A stretch of DNA of 64,000 nucleotides, from positions 428,193 to 492,192 of the forward strand of contig RDEW01000011.1 in assembly GCA_011109175.1 (NCBI GenBank), written 5' to 3'. Positions within the stretch are counted from its first letter, which is position 1, and every line of letters starts with the position of its first letter. A model generated the notes under the pieces. The model made no database searches, had not been told where the DNA came from, and saw only the letters and a program-made list of their open reading frames with translations. A program made the position numbers and the translations under genes. This DNA comes from Dicyema japonicum (taxonomy: Eukaryota > Animalia > Dicyemida). Of the stretch, positions 37,481 through 51,530 are shown piece by piece.

Positions 37481-37727
37481 CTAATAAATCCCGTTCCGTG
37501 TGATGTTCAATGACTTACTCCACTACGTCATTCCACATTTTTTCCGTTTATTAAAATTAAAAAAATGATTTTTTATTTCTTAATGATAATATTCTGTTAA
37601 AAAGTTTATAATTAATTGTGGAAACATCTGGAGTGAGCAGCATAATTGAGTTTGTCGGAACAATCGTCTGACTTTCAGGATCACAGAAGATGGAACTCAG
37701 ATTGATGCTCTTTCAAAGTATATTTTT

Positions 37728-38002
37728 ATTGTCATAGGATCACGGGTCAAACGAGAAAAAAAGAATACCCTTATTTAATTAAGTGATCTCAGACCGACAA
37801 AGGGGAAGGTCTATACCAGCAAGGACATGCATTAAAAACAGAGACTCCAATGTCGCGCATAGGTCCTCAGAACCAACCGAAAAGAAAAAAACATCCAATC
37901 CTTGCAGTTGTGGGAACCACTCTTTAAGTGGAGGAAAGCAAATGATCCTTTCATGCCATCATGGAACTTGGCGCTACCTGAGACATGAGGATTACATGAC
38001 AC
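37728..38002 (-). mobile_element. SINE family 2 variant carrying a LINE-like 3' end
   Basis: Core gcaaatgatcctttcatgcc..ggcgctacc plus attgtcataggatcacgggtcaa..aagtgatctcagaccgacaa, matching the LINE ends at 45258-45330 and 60050-60122. Confidence 0.7.
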
Positions 38003-38329
38003 TAAATATTAGTATTCATCGCACGTCCTACCATCGTGGACATCATTTCAATCTTGACAGAATTGTTTTTCATAATGGTAATCTTCATTAGTGGAGTTGG
38101 TCTGCGAGAAGGTAGTAAGATCCCTTTTAAAAGCTTTGGCGTGCCAGAAGGGCTCGTCGCCTCACGGGTGGTATCTTTAGGGGTCGAACGCATGACTGTC
38201 AGACCCGATGTCAGCATTCAGTCATTTTTTGACTTACTCATGTTGATTATTTTTAATTCTCATGAACGTGCCTTAATCTGTTATAACTAGGGCAACCACA
38301 AATATGACAAAATAGGAGTGCAAACATTC

Positions 38330-40075
38330 TTGCTGCAGTTTAAGAATCCTCGAATGACTATTTTATGGTTAGACTCAGACTCCTTAATAGATCACATTTT
38401 AGACTCGTTATCCATGTAAACTAATAGTCTGTTCTTTTTAAATTTTTCGTCCTTGAATTAAAATCGATCATCAATAATAATAACTTTCTCAGATTTTTTC
38501 ATTAATTTGTATTTCGAATGTCTTGAAGATGTCTTTACAGGCTCGCCATTTAGAATGCTCACTAGGAATATTCCATAATATTTTTGACAAAGCATATTAT
38601 TATCAATTTTTCACTTTATTTAACCAACAATAAAAAAGTTAATATATAATAATCAACAGCCTGTTCGCCAGCCTCCTCAGGCAGGTTCGATTCTGGTTGC
38701 TAAAACAACTCCGAGACCTGTCAATTGAACCCTCCGCCCATATGGCTCTCAAATATAGTTCCATACTCTCAAAGAATTTTCTGGCACAGACCCCCATCGA
38801 GTAAAGATCGTCGTCTGTTCGAGCATACATATTCAGGTCATCGATAAAAAAATGTGATTTGTACTGAAACAAACACTCTCAAAATGAACTGATAATTGCT
38901 GAAACCGGTAATTGAGGCAGCGACTCGATGGCTCCAAACAGAGAAAAAAGAAAAGTGAAGATATGCTGTCCTCCTGAAGGATCCCCTTCTTGAGTTATAC
39001 CTCGCCTATTTCCTGTGGAAATCGAAATTCCACAAGATTCCGCCAAGAAAGGAGCATTGTTTTACGGGACTTTCCACACATATGCTCTGCATGGTTTAGC
39101 CTCCCACATACTACCCCACGTGGAAAGCATTTCCGCGTCCTGCTGGAACATGCACTATGGCCATTTTCGTGTAGGCGACGGTAAAACAATCTGTGATTAA
39201 ACTCAAACAGATTAATTTATCTCCTTCTCTTACACCGACTTTCATGTGTATAGAGTATTGCTTCTTCTATCTTTGCCTTTTCCCTCCTCAACTCTTTGAG
39301 GTTCCATTTGGGAACACGGAGTATACTAAGTTACCTACTATAGGCGGTTCTTTTCCTTTAGCCCTCTCGCCACACTACTTATGTGCCCCTCCATTGCTTC
39401 CAGCTCTGTCTGTCTCCAAGCAATCTTGGCACACATCTGCTCCCTCCATTTATTGGGTGGTCTGGGCTTGTACATCAACTCCTCATAGGTGATCTGTGTT
39501 GCATACAACACTAGGGAGATGTCACCCTGTGACCCTACTGGCTTAGCCTCCATCACATAAGCCACATCCTTATTGATACAAATTAACACTACTCCGTTAA
39601 CCATACTATGAGGGTAACTCTACGCTTCTCAAGGGGACATTTGCCGCTGCAGCGAGATTCCGCGCGAAGACCTCATAAACATGCTTGAGATATAACGTAT
39701 CACAGCTCTGGTGCTCGTGCTCTCTTTGACAGTTGTGGTCATTTGGTCCCCCCCTTTAAACCAGTACTCCTCCTCTGACCCCCATTGTCTACAGCCATTT
39801 TCTTGAGCTCACTCACAGTTACAGCAGTACTGAATCTGCCACTGCCGAGCTTTGCCAAATATGGCCATCCATTCCAGGGCATCCGGGATAGCCTTCTACG
39901 TACCTACATGACTACCTGCCTCGTCAATTATTTTGGGCAGTTATCACAACGCTCTCGGATATGGCAAGACTAATATTCTTACCATCTGGTAACGTAAGTG
40001 ACCCTTCTCTTTTTTTCCTTCCAACATTTTTACCCACTCGAGAGAGTTCTAAAGTCACCGAATCGAACGCACGTT
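38330..40075 (-). mobile_element. R4/Dong-like non-LTR element remnant
   Basis: 39230-40075 is an inverted copy of 9270-9975; downstream WGSMWEAK and SHFFIDDLNMYA (RT). Confidence 0.7.
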
Positions 40076-40189
40076 GCATGCTTTATAATGGTTGAAAAAT
40101 ATTGGGAATTTATATAAGAAAAAAAAGTAAAAATTAAGTCAGGCATCGGCAATCAAAAGACAGTGGGCATGACTGCCAATGATGGCAAT

Positions 40190-40620
40190 TTCAAAACGTT
40201 CACTATGTTTTGGATTGTTCTGGCCTCCCAATGTGGATTGGAACAATGGTGAGGATAATGAATGAGATTGATGAGTATTTCGAAATGGTTGAGCTTAAGA
40301 GGAGTTTTGAAAAATCTGCCACTAATCTTGAATGTATGAAGAATGTAAAATCTCTGGATGGACATGAAGGCTATTGCTACCTCGGAGTTTTAAAGGATCG
40401 CGCCACCAACATCATGAAGCATGATGTTTTGAGAACAACCGCGGAAAAGTGAAAAAGAGGATTGTGAGATTGGTGCATACTAAGCTCACATTGAACCGAA
40501 AGAATTTGAGTCTCAGCAAATCAGTTCAATGAAGTTCCAGTAACCTGGGTGAGATGGAAACAGATGGGTTTCAGGGCAACGAATTCTCTTCTAAGAGGAG
40601 AAAGGTTTAGAAGCGATTTT
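40190..40620 (+). mobile_element. R4-like RT fragment
   Basis: EMVELKRSFEKSATN..EGYCYLGVLKD. Confidence 0.6.
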
Positions 40621-40820
40621 GATTCAATTGTGTTTTTTGTAAAAATAAAACCCAGTCTTCATTTAAGAGATAAACATTTCATTTATATTAAATATTTAAC
40701 AAATAAAATCTAATTAAAAATTTTAAATATAAATTTAAAAATTTTTAAACATTCGATTGAAGGTGTTTTGTGGCAAGTATTTCATATTCGTAATAAATAG
40801 GTTTTATTTTGTAAAATAAA

Positions 40821-42434
40821 ATGTGCGATAAAATAGACAAATTTGGATTAAACAATGATGTAATAAGATATATCCTCACATTCTCTGATGAGGGTCTTAC
40901 CAGATTCTCATGTAACTCAGCTTCCTCTTATCTTATGTTTAGGTATTAACTTTCGTTTGATTTAGACTCCTTCCAATGCTATCAAGAAATATAATATACA
41001 GTTTGCTATTTTCGACTGAATTCGTAAAGGAGGATCACCTTAGGTTAATGTTTAAGGAATATACTGATGAGTTTGTGTGATTTTTATTTTAAGGGAATTT
41101 TCTTCATCTTTAATGCTGCTGGCTCAATTGAGAGTCATTTCCAGGGAGATGTCTGTAGAAGAATCATCTACCATTGTAACAGTGACTCTTAGTGCCAAAT
41201 TTAAGAAGAATTTTCTCATAGCAATTCGTGGGGGTTGTCATAAAACTTTAAATTAAGTGGACCACCTTGGTTTGGCTACGTGGAAGAGACACAATCTCCC
41301 AAAAGACTAGATATCAGCGCTTTGCAGAATTTTTCTGATAAACAGTGGAATGTAAACTCAACTGAAATCATTTAGAATATATTTACCTATATAATAAATT
41401 CACAGGAAAAGGAAGATGCCAAACTCTCCCAGGACTTGAAGAATATAATAAAGATGAGTCGACTCATCCATCAGTATTCCACATTTGTTGACAATTAGAG
41501 GGGATAATGGGATTTCTATTACACTACAAGGATTTAACTTTCTTTTAAAATCCCGATCTCAGCAAGTTCTTATGCTTATTTTCGGATATTTCCGATTTGC
41601 TGAAAAGTTCTCAATGGACATTATAAATTGTTTTATCTTCCTCATTCAAATAAGTCTCTCCACTGTCGGAAAGGTGGCTGTTCTGTATTATATTAGCCTT
41701 ATCCAGCTTCCTCACTCACCTCTAGTCAAGAAACTATGCTGAGACATCTTCATGAAATGGGATTGGCCTATCATAAAGAGGTCAATGTAATCTTAGATGT
41801 GTAGGGTTATAACTTCTTCTATGTTACCCCCACCGTCGGAATATATTTTTACTGATTCCACCAATGAAGATTATACTGATGAGAATAGTGGGTTTCTTAT
41901 TGTTGAAACAAACTTTCGTGTTTGCTCTTACTCCTGTAAGCATGGATTTAATTTGTAGCCTCTCCCATCGATGAAGCGATTCTCGGTCTCTTCTCTGAAC
42001 TTTCAAATTAAACTTCCGGAGTGATCGTCTCATATTTGACAAGACAGAGTATAGGAGAAGCCATCAAGCATGACATTGAAGCCGATCAAATTATTAGTTA
42101 TTTAGAAATACATTCCCATCCATTGATGAGGGCGAAAGTTGTTTTGAATTGTTTCAATCGTTAGGGTGGTCTTCCTGTTACAGTAAAGCAGCAGATTTTG
42201 CTGTGGGAATCTGAAAAGAAAAGACTAAAGCACCAAGATGCTCATTTGCTTAGTAATTTTGATTCGCGAATAGACTATCAAAATCTAAAAAAATATGCTG
42301 AAGTTTGATTAGTTTTTAATTTGCAGTCCCTTGAATCCCTCGCCTTTTCGAATGATATGCAGACGATATTAATAATCAAATCAGAAGGATATAAGGCTGT
42401 AAAGGAAAAATATATGTCTTTAAGGAAAAAATGA
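40821..42434 (+). CDS. GTF2H4: TFIIH subunit p52 (TFB2)
   Basis: ITLQGFNFLL, FIFLIQISLSTVGK, HLHEMGLAY, GFLIVETNFRV, TRQSIGEAI..QIISYL..HSHP, LPVTVKQQILLWESE; many ~23-25 nt introns; one apparent in-frame TAA or paired indels near 40993. Confidence 0.92.
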
Positions 42435-44164
42435 TTAAATTTTCCCATTTTTAAATTTTTAAATAAATTTCTCTTTTTATTTGAACTTATTCACTTTTAT
42501 AATTTTGGCCGACACCCAAAAAAGATCTCTATCTTCACTACTCAATTGGACTGGTTCCTACAATGACGAATACTCGGAGAGGATATGTCCCACTTTACCG
42601 AGGGAAACTGGATAAACCCTCTTTCAAGGGTTTTAAAAAAGTTATCGAAACAAAATTTTAAGGATTAGGATTTTTGTATTATGAGTATTGATTATTGGAC
42701 TTTAATTGCAAATAAACTGTCACATACTTCAATTCAATTAAGGCTTCATTAAAATTTACCTGCAACGTTAGAATATAAAGTTCATGCAAAATTATGGAAT
42801 ACTGGTTTGCTAAAGAAACTTTAGGGATATTTATATACTCCAACTGATGTCAAACTCCAGGGTAGTACGAAAAATGATCAGTTGCTTTACCCATTCTACC
42901 GGAGGAATTCTCACCACTAGAAGGCTAGACATTTATTTACTGGTTCCTGATGGTCCCGTGTAACATTGGAAGGTTTTTCTGCAACTGGATACATTTATTT
43001 AGTTGCCAACTATTGACTTATTTTTTGGTGTATTTGGAGTTAATAAATTAAATATTTGAAAGTTGAAACACTCGTCTATTTTGGCTGCGATCAGTTACAA
43101 TATAATCAGACATTTTGAGTAGCCACATTCTTGAGAATGTTCAATCCTTGAAATCTTAGAATGACTGTAGAGGTTCCTTGTTTAATGGTGAGAAATCAGC
43201 ATTAACATGGTTATACTAAATACTGTGAAGTATGGGCTTCTTGTCGATATGGGTCCTATTTATTTACATAAGAAATAGACTGCCTATAAAGAAATGACTT
43301 TGAAACCACGTAATCCAAGTGGATGGAAAGCAAGAACTGCGAAACAGAGTTCGAAACACTTAGTAAACATATGTGAGATATTTTGGTGTCCAATGAGATC
43401 AGAAAATTCATATAAATGGGATCAAGTCTACTAATCTCCTTGGGTGACTGTCAAAGGGCCAAGGACCAAACACTTATTGATGAGCGTTCAAGTTAACAGC
43501 GTGACACTGAAGGTTATGTGGATGGATGTAAAGAAGGCATTTTAATCATACAATCCTTAAAGAATACAGGGTAAATTTTAAATTGTCTGATTTATTGGGT
43601 TTTTGATTATCTTTATGGATATTTATTTTATTATCGTGTGATCATTGGATTAAAAAATAAAAAAACTATCAAGTTACTGATACCAGACCGACAAGGAGGA
43701 ATCCGAATCCGGTGCGCATGTGCGTCCTATATAATTGGGCGTCAGCTTATAATTGGGGAATTTTTAAGGCATCTGAGAATGATCTTATAGAGAAGTCTGC
43801 TTACTAGGTTTCCTGTCTTTGGGAGTTTTCATTGTCAACAGAAGTGCTTCAAAAGGCATGGACACTAAATTAGGTCCAATCACTTGAATGGCAGTTAACT
43901 AGTGCAGGGAAGAGCTGGAGACGGCCATTGACCAGAACGTATTAACGTAGATCAGAGGAGTCCATTTTTGTTTCCAGGAATTTTTGAGATACTCTTTAGA
44001 ACATTAAACATTTGAGAATATATTTGAAACTCCAAAGTCATTTGTTTACACTTAAACTTAGATTTAGACTCCACGATAAACGAAGACGCCAAGTATTCCT
44101 TAATTTTAATTTGAAATTAGTCATGATTTATTAGTCAATCATTAGAATTGAATTATAGTATTAA

Positions 44165-44534
44165 CTAAGCTTCAGGAGAGTTTTGAATGACAATCATGAA
44201 ATATTCTTTGTCTGAAAAAGTAAAATTATTTTTTACCAGGAGCTACCATTATCTCGTTCTTTATTGACTTAATACGCAAGAAAATAAGATCGTTTTGAGG
44301 GTCAATTTCTCTCACTGCGCTTCTTGCTTTCGCCACCAATTGATGAATTAAACCTGCATATTGAACAGTCGCTGAATTTTCAAAGGTCGTACGGATGGGA
44401 ATTCCTAAAATAAAAAATTATAAAATACCTTCATTGTTGACGATGGCGACCCCCATAACACCCTTGTGAGATATAATTCTTTTAATTGTTTCTTCTACTT
44501 CTGACTGTTATAATAAATAGACATGGCATACCAT
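44165..44534 (-). CDS. DYNLRB: Dynein light chain roadblock-type
   Basis: [75 protein letters not shown]; three mini-introns; exon 1 codes only ATG. Confidence 0.96.
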
Positions 44535-44814
44535 TTTTATGATTCAATGTATCCTAGGAATTATTTTGATTATTAAATTTTTTAACAATTTAATGTGAAT
44601 TTATTTAATTAAAAATTTATTAGTTTCCCTTTTCACCTCGGACAATTTAATTTATATTGCCATCTCCGAAATCCAGTAGTGTCCCGTACATACAGTAAGT
44701 GCGTCGGTTCTCGGAACGAACATCGTAAAAGGATGAGGCGGATGATAAAGGAGGCCGGGATCACCTGACGGCCATATATATGTCTTTTTAATATTTCAGT
44801 GATTCTTGGTTTTA

Positions 44815-45125
44815 AATTTTTATTTATTAACCCCGGATATACCGAGAAAGAAGTTAAAGTAAGCAACTAATTAAGTGTATCTAGTTTCCACTTCTACAGA
44901 AACAGAGTCCATCCGGAATCAGCATAAAGGGTAAGACGTCCATTACATGCAGTTGTGGAAACCCCTCCAGTGGAGTGGGAGAGAGCAAATGATCCTTTTT
45001 CGTGCCGGCCAGGCACTGGGCGCCACCTAGACAGGTGGATCACATGACGCCACTCTAATAGGAAGAGAGAGGAGGAACAGACAAGCAAGCAGAAAACTTC
45101 AACCAATTAACCACGCAGCACCAAC
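44815..45125 (-). mobile_element. SINE family 2, full length
   Basis: Near-identical to 31935-32255; 5' ggtgctgcgtggttaattggtt (A-box-like), 3' cacttaattagttg tail motif. Confidence 0.85.
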
Positions 45126-45249
45126 TACATATTTAATTAAAATAAATTAATCGCGGAACTACAAAAAAAAGGATATGAATTATTTAACTGTCACTTTGTT
45201 GGTTCGAATCCCGTCTGGGGCCTTATTTATATTTTCGATGTTGATTAAT

Positions 45250-46190
45250 TATCATTATTGTCCCAGGATCACAGGGTTAAAAGAATAAAGAAAGTTCTTA
45301 ACTAACTAAGTGATCCCAGACCGACAACATGGGATCGGGTCCGCCGGGGAAGGGCGTCCAGAATTGCCCTTCTAAAAGTGCAGGGCTTCGGCTCATATCT
45401 CCTGTTAGTCTGGAGATATGAGATGAGTAGCTCATGCAGAGGATCATCTGGTATCCTTGCTTCTCTGATGAGACTTCTTTGTTTTTGGATGAAAAGATCT
45501 TCTGTACGCATAAGGGAAAATGTTGGGCCGATAATAGTCTTTTGGCCTTTTGAATATTTGATGGTCGATGTTCCTGAAACAAAGACCAAGCCTCACTTGC
45601 ATAGAGCAACGTCGGCTGGACAAACTGTTTGTAGATCATCTGGAGGCATCCAGTGTCACTTCTGAGAGCCTTAGTAACGACTTTTAATATCGTCATCCTC
45701 TTCAGTGCGGTCGTTACCCGGTTATCCACATGCTTTGCAAAAAAGAGTCCCTGGTCGAGTGTCACTAAGTATATTTGGTGTGTAATTGACGGGAATTACT
45801 GTGTTGTTGATAGAAATGTTAGGTTTCAATGAATAGTGCCTCTTGCAGGTTGTAAATAGGGTAGTATAGGATTTTGTAGGGGAAACTTCACGACGGAGTT
45901 TCTTGAGCCAAGAAATTAAATTGTTAAGCATGTTCTGGGCCATCGTGGTAGCAGTTTGGTACTTTTTGTCCTTTGCAGCGATAATGATATCGTCCGCGTA
46001 TGATAGCAATTTTCGTAGTGCGGTTTCGGAATGTCATTGATGTAAAGGTTGACACACAGAGACAGTCCGTCCTTGTCAGTTCATCCTTGTAGGATAGAGG
46101 CAGTGTGACTCTATTCTTTAAATGTCTCCAGTTTTGTAAGTTGCGTGACATTAACCAAATGTTGATTAATTTTTTACTTATAAACAATAT
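45250..46190 (-). mobile_element. 5'-truncated LINE (RT to 3' UTR)
   Basis: LSYADDIIIA, KQFVQPTLLYASEAWS; 3' UTR ttgtcggtctgggatcacttagttagtt. Confidence 0.88.
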
Positions 46191-46330
46191 AATAACTAAT
46201 TTAGGTATCTAACGAAACAACATTTTTTTGGAATATAATTAAAATCAAAATATATTTAAATAAAGATTGTAAATATTAAAAAAAACCATATCGTTTGTTT
46301 AACGTTGTTTCTCTTTAATACAAGTTGTAG

Positions 46331-49140
46331 ATGAGGCTCGTGAAACCTTCTTGGCTTAAACTAGATTCAAAATCAGGTAAATGACTGCATTAAATTTTAA
46401 ATTTATTTGTTTATCTTAGATTTTCCAATTTTTTGCGTGGACATTAATCCAGACCGCTCGACTATAGCGATTGGTGGCCAAGGTTTCTGAATCGTTTCTC
46501 ATTCATTTTTAGTTGGTGATTCTTCTGGGAGGATTAAACTACTTAGAATTGACTCTCTCATTAAGAATGAATTTAACTCGGATAATCTCATATGTCAGTT
46601 GGATAGCATTACAAGTATTTCTGTCAAGTTTGTACTTATAGAATGTGTTAACTGCCTACGCTGGTCCCATTCTGGGCGATTTCTAGCTTCAGGAGATGAT
46701 CAGAGTCATCTTAAAATTTGGCGAAAATCTAAAACCAATAATTCTTGGAAAATGCACAAAGTATTGATTGGTCATAAAGGAGGTATTTTATTCAATCCAC
46801 ATTCATAGATATCTTGGATTTAAATTGGTCTTCAGAAGACCGTTGGATAGCTACTGCGAGTGTAGACAATTCTGTAATCATCTGGGATGCTGTTCGCTGG
46901 TCTGGTATGACAATATATCACTCTTAGGCCAAATCTGTACATTAAAAGAACATACAGGCTTTGTAAAAGGCGTCAGTTGGGATCCTCTCGGTCATTATAT
47001 TGTGTCACATGTTACATTGCTTTTTAACAATTTAAGAGCGCCGATAGAACACTGCGAATATGGAGCACCACCACATGGAAGGAAATTAAATGTGTGAAGA
47101 AGCCCTTTAGCGAAGTATTTGATTTATAATTGGACAGTGCTATTCCAATACACATTCACTAAGATTGAGTTGGTTTGCGAACGGGCAGCGACTAATATCT
47201 CCGAATTCTATGAATAATGATGTACCGACGGCTCAGTTTATTGATCGAGACAGTTGGGGTATCAAAACGGACGTTGTCGGACATTTAAAAACATAAGTGT
47301 TAACTGTAATCATCAAATCTTGACTTATAGAGTGCTAATCCATTTATGTTTTCCAATGGAGAAGGGGATGAGGTACTTTTATGTTCATATGCCAGATTAC
47401 TTATTTTGTCATTGCCGGTCGTGACAGATCAGTCTCAGTTTGGGTGAAACATTTGTCTTTATTTTAGCAATCCAATCTTCCTAGACCTTTGTACGTTGTC
47501 CATGATTTATTTGCAAACTCAGTATCCGACATATCCTGGTTTGTTTAATTTATCATGGAAGGAGTCCTTCAGGTTATCACTTTGTATGTTCGTCGATTGA
47601 CGGATCAGTAGCACTTTTTATTTTCAATGAAGAAGAGCTGGGAAAAATTATAGTAAAGCCGAAAAGTATAGAATCTACAATTCCTGAGTTACAATTCTAC
47701 TTTATTGTCAGGTTTATTTCTTCAAAGACTCCATTTAATTGCAATAAAGCCTTCAAGCCCAGCCTAAACTCGACTATAAATACCAATAAAGACGGTAAAA
47801 GAAGAATTGCACTCACTTTTTTGGGTTCAATCGACAGTGACGAGGATCACCAATTGAATAGTTCTAAAATTAGTTTGTAAGAGTGTTTATTGCAGGTAAT
47901 TGTAATGGTTATTCTGAAAATGCCTTTCCAAGGAATAATAATATACCAAACAATGTTGTACCTCGTCGACCAGTCATCAGTGAAACTAACACAGTTTATT
48001 CTGGTGTTATCAATAGTTTAAAAATCATACTTTAAATGGGAGACCAGAACCACCATTTCATGAAGTATTTATTTTGCAAGTAATTTCATTTTTGAATGTA
48101 GACTATTTTGTTTGGATCTCATTTTACATTCGAAGTGATCAATACTCACGACTTTCCACTCAAAGATCCGGATTATTGTTTTTGTCATCTTAGAAACTCT
48201 AAGGATAACGTATTGTGGCAATCCTTGACTACCAGTCCTTGCATCGCTGCTTCCATTTCACCGTTTTCGTATTTGTAGAGGTTTTAGTTCCTTAACGTGC
48301 GTTGTATGTAACGACTGTAGCTTATTCGTATTTCTCACAGCATCTGGAAATTTGGTATCAAAAATAGATTTGCCATTTCGAGTTTACGAAATTTACTGCA
48401 TTGGTGATGTCATCGTTGTAATTTCTACTCAACTTATTTTAACCGCCTGGAATATGCTGGAAAATAGGTGCGTACTAAAGGATATCAATTTACCTCTAGA
48501 CATGCTGAATGGTTTATTAATTTTCTAAGATTGCTAGATTCCAGTATAAATGTAACCACCGCTAGACTGATTCATGGCGATATCTCCATTTGTCTGAGCA
48601 ACAATAAGTCTTATCTTTTTTCAAAGTCAATGCATTTATGGTTTATTTAGCCGTATTAATCAATTAGGATGTCAGTTTCACCTAAATCGGATGATATTGC
48701 ACTTTGTACCTTGAGACATTCTCAATCACGATTGTATTTATTATTTTTATATGCCTAGTGATTCATTTAATGATAGTGTTGATTCTCAGATTCGTATTTT
48801 TCGTGCGGAAATGCAATTTTTTCAAGATTTGTCGTATTATTCATTTAAAAATCTTTCTAACCTCTGGAATAGCTTAATGGTAATACTAACAGAAGAAGGT
48901 TGAGAATTTAGTCATCATTTAGGTGATGAAGAGCGTATTAAGGGACTTATTACGGCTTTTGTTCGTAAAGATTATTTTCACTGTCAGAAGAGCTTACTTG
49001 AGTTATGGAGTTTTGTTAAAATCATTGAAGATTCAATAGATATTATTAAACCTAACTGTAAATTTTCTTCATTATCCAATTATTTAATCAAGATTTTGTC
49101 AAATCATAGCTCACCCATTCGAAATCATCACATTGTATAA
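46331..49140 (+). CDS. HIRA: Histone H3.3 chaperone HIRA
   Basis: MRLVKPSWL..FPIFCVDINPD..AIGGQ, CVNCLRWSHSGRFLASGDD, HTGFVKGVSWDPLGHYI, and a C-terminal Hira-like block (GDEERIKGLI); not every internal exon was resolved. Confidence 0.92.
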
Positions 49141-50059
49141 TATTTTATTGTTCTTTTTTGTAAATACTATCTTTTATTTATGTTGGTGGTATAGTTTTTT
49201 TACTTTAAGTATAGATTTTTTGTAATTTACGAGTTAATTCTAGTTACAACATTTGATTGGTGGAAGGTTGAGGTGGTGACGACTATTGGATAAACTGTCT
49301 GCCCAACTTCTGATGGGAAAAGACTTTTTTGCTGTTTCGCACAAGGTACGGACTTAAGAAATATTGAAAAACTTAATTTCTAAACAAAGTAAGTGTCGGA
49401 TGTTAATCTCACAAGGTAAGTGAATCTTGTCTAAACTAAAAATTCAAAGATCTTGAAGGATCGTTAATCAAAAGCTGCTCATATAGGATGGTGTCGATAA
49501 TAATAAACGATTTTTTTCAGTTTGACAATTATTTTTATATTAAATGACGCCTCGACTAATATATTTTTCTTAGTATAAAAATGAGAGATTTTTATTAAGG
49601 TAGTATTAGGAAGGACAAAGATAAAAGATGGATTTTAAGATTTACAAACAGTTTGTAGAAATTTCTTTGTTTAATTACTTGTTTTGGTTCACCTCATTTG
49701 CTTGTTGTCATAGGAATCTTTCGATATCCTCGTTCAGCGGGATAAACATAGATTCAGTTTTTATTTTCATGCGCACAATGAAGTTTTAGTTGGATATCAA
49801 ATGCTATCAATTTGATGAAAAAGTAGTTTAAATGTAATGTCAGCTTATTATAAATACTTTTTATTTTAAGAAAACTAAAGATTTCGCTCAGACAAGCCAG
49901 AACACCTTTGATTGTCTTGTAGACTGGCAGGTGTGTGCAGTTTTGTTGACAAGTAATCGTTCATCTATAAATGTTTTAAACTCGCATTGGTTTTAAGTTC
50001 AGCAACGACAATAAGATTATTACCGTCTTTGGGAGACGGCCATGCTCTTTATCTAATGT

Positions 50060-50830
50060 AATTTATTAATCCCGGAATCACAAAAAGACAAGAGTTATCG
50101 TCTATGATAAGTGATATCAGGCTTTCTCCTGCGGTTAGTTTTGGAGTCCTGGATTAATCTCCACAAATGGGAAAGTTTCTTCTCGTATTTCCGGCAGGTG
50201 TCCAGATATAGCTTGACTTCGGGCCCGAAAAAATGTTCATGAGACTTGCCATCTTGAGGATGTTTCGTTGCCGTTCCGTAAGGTATTCCATGTTTGGGGG
50301 ACTTTACTTTTCTTCGTAGTAACGACGTGGGAGTCTTTTTCAATCTCAATAATATTCTGAGACTTCGGTTTTGTAACACTTCCAGTTTGCTCTGTGCGAT
50401 AGTGGGGGTAATCCATGCAGCATAGATGTATATGATACTCGGTAGAACTCCGACGATGAGGGAAGATACTAGGGAGTGTAAAAGACTTGAGAATTCCAAT
50501 TTTCTTTTGAATCCTCGAGGTTACTAAGTCCATTTAATTTGTGAATGAAAGGAGAGGATCCAAGGTGACTCCCAGGATTGAAAGGGTGGAGAATCTTCTT
50601 AATGGGATCGGGAAATCATATAATTTTATTGTTGGTGTTGTCCGTAACTCTAAACGTTGTTAAATGACTTTCCTGGTGATACTTTTAGGCAGGTATTCAA
50701 AAACCAAAAACCCACCAGATTTAATGTCTCTTGCACGGACAGTACCTCCTCGACTCTGATGTTTTGCTACAATCACGAGATTGAATTTTTGGTGGATGGA
50801 GAAGGGAGGTCACTGGGGAACATTAAATAG
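50060..50830 (-). mobile_element. 5'-truncated LINE (RT C-terminus and 3' UTR)
   Basis: SILGVTLDPLLSF, IIYIYAAWITP..KLEVLQNRSLRI; 3' gatatcacttatc..ccgggattaat. Confidence 0.8.
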
Positions 50831-51454
50831 CATGCTCTTTATCTTTTTAATTATTTTTTTCTTTATTCAAATTTTATTTATTTACCATTAGTTCTGGAAT
50901 AAATGAAAAAAACTGTTAACACGCGATAGAACACACTCTAGAGAACAATCAGATGAACCTTGAACGGCTGGGAAATTAAAGGCAGGCTAGGAAAATAGAA
51001 AAGGTCATTTTTTGGCCGATAAGGGAAAAGGAAGAACACAGCAACAAGTTGATGACCACACCTGAGGTTCCCAAATGGACTCAAATTTTTTGTTAGGAAA
51101 GTTTTGTCTACACCGATTTTCGACGAAGGACATTTGAGAATTTTTTTTGAGACAAAGATTTTTATGAAGTTATTAGAAACCCAATCGTGGAAATTTCAAC
51201 TATTAATGTTTTGCATTATTTCACTTCAAACAGCGTTCTGCTTATCAAAACAAAAGATACATCAAAGCTAGCGGAATTATAGTCACTTGTTGAATTCAAA
51301 CGTTTATTAGCTGCTAATTTTCGCTTTGGATGGTAGTTCTTTTATGTTTTCTTTGTTCCTCTTTTTGTTAGGAAAGTTTTGTTCTTTTACATTTCAGTAT
51401 GACATGCATTGGCCCGTTCATTATTATCAAAAGAACATTCGAGAATTAATAACT

Positions 51455-51530
51455 AATAATTCCTTTGTTCCTCTTCAAGGCAGACTTACCAAATTCTCTC
51501 ACTTTGGGTCAGACAAAATTCGAACCCAGA
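51455..51530 (-). mobile_element. Putative SINE family 3 copy
   Basis: tttgttcctcttcaaggcagac..ttcgaac is an inverted match to 20968-21035. Confidence 0.55.

Noticed and set aside
38002-38290. Overlapping ORFs on both strands
   Set aside because: No recognisable domain; they lie between transposon remnants and are probably decayed repeat sequence.
40985-41000. In-frame TAA in GTF2H4 as evidence of a variant genetic code
   Set aside because: TAA, TAG and TGA all terminate genes in this window (PSMB1, GT31/DYNLRB, EXOSC2/GTF2H4), and paired indels explain the site.
42560-44020. Possible gene or transposase between GTF2H4 and DYNLRB
   Set aside because: All frames are interrupted; only a short LINE-like gaccgacaagg motif near 43685 was recognisable.
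45198-45222. Possible tRNA gene (ggttcgaatccc)
   Set aside because: No T-stem pairing, D arm or acceptor stem; it matches the short repeat family 3 instead.
49250-50050. Possible gene downstream of HIRA (several gtaagt-like donors)
   Set aside because: I could not assemble an open frame with in-size introns.
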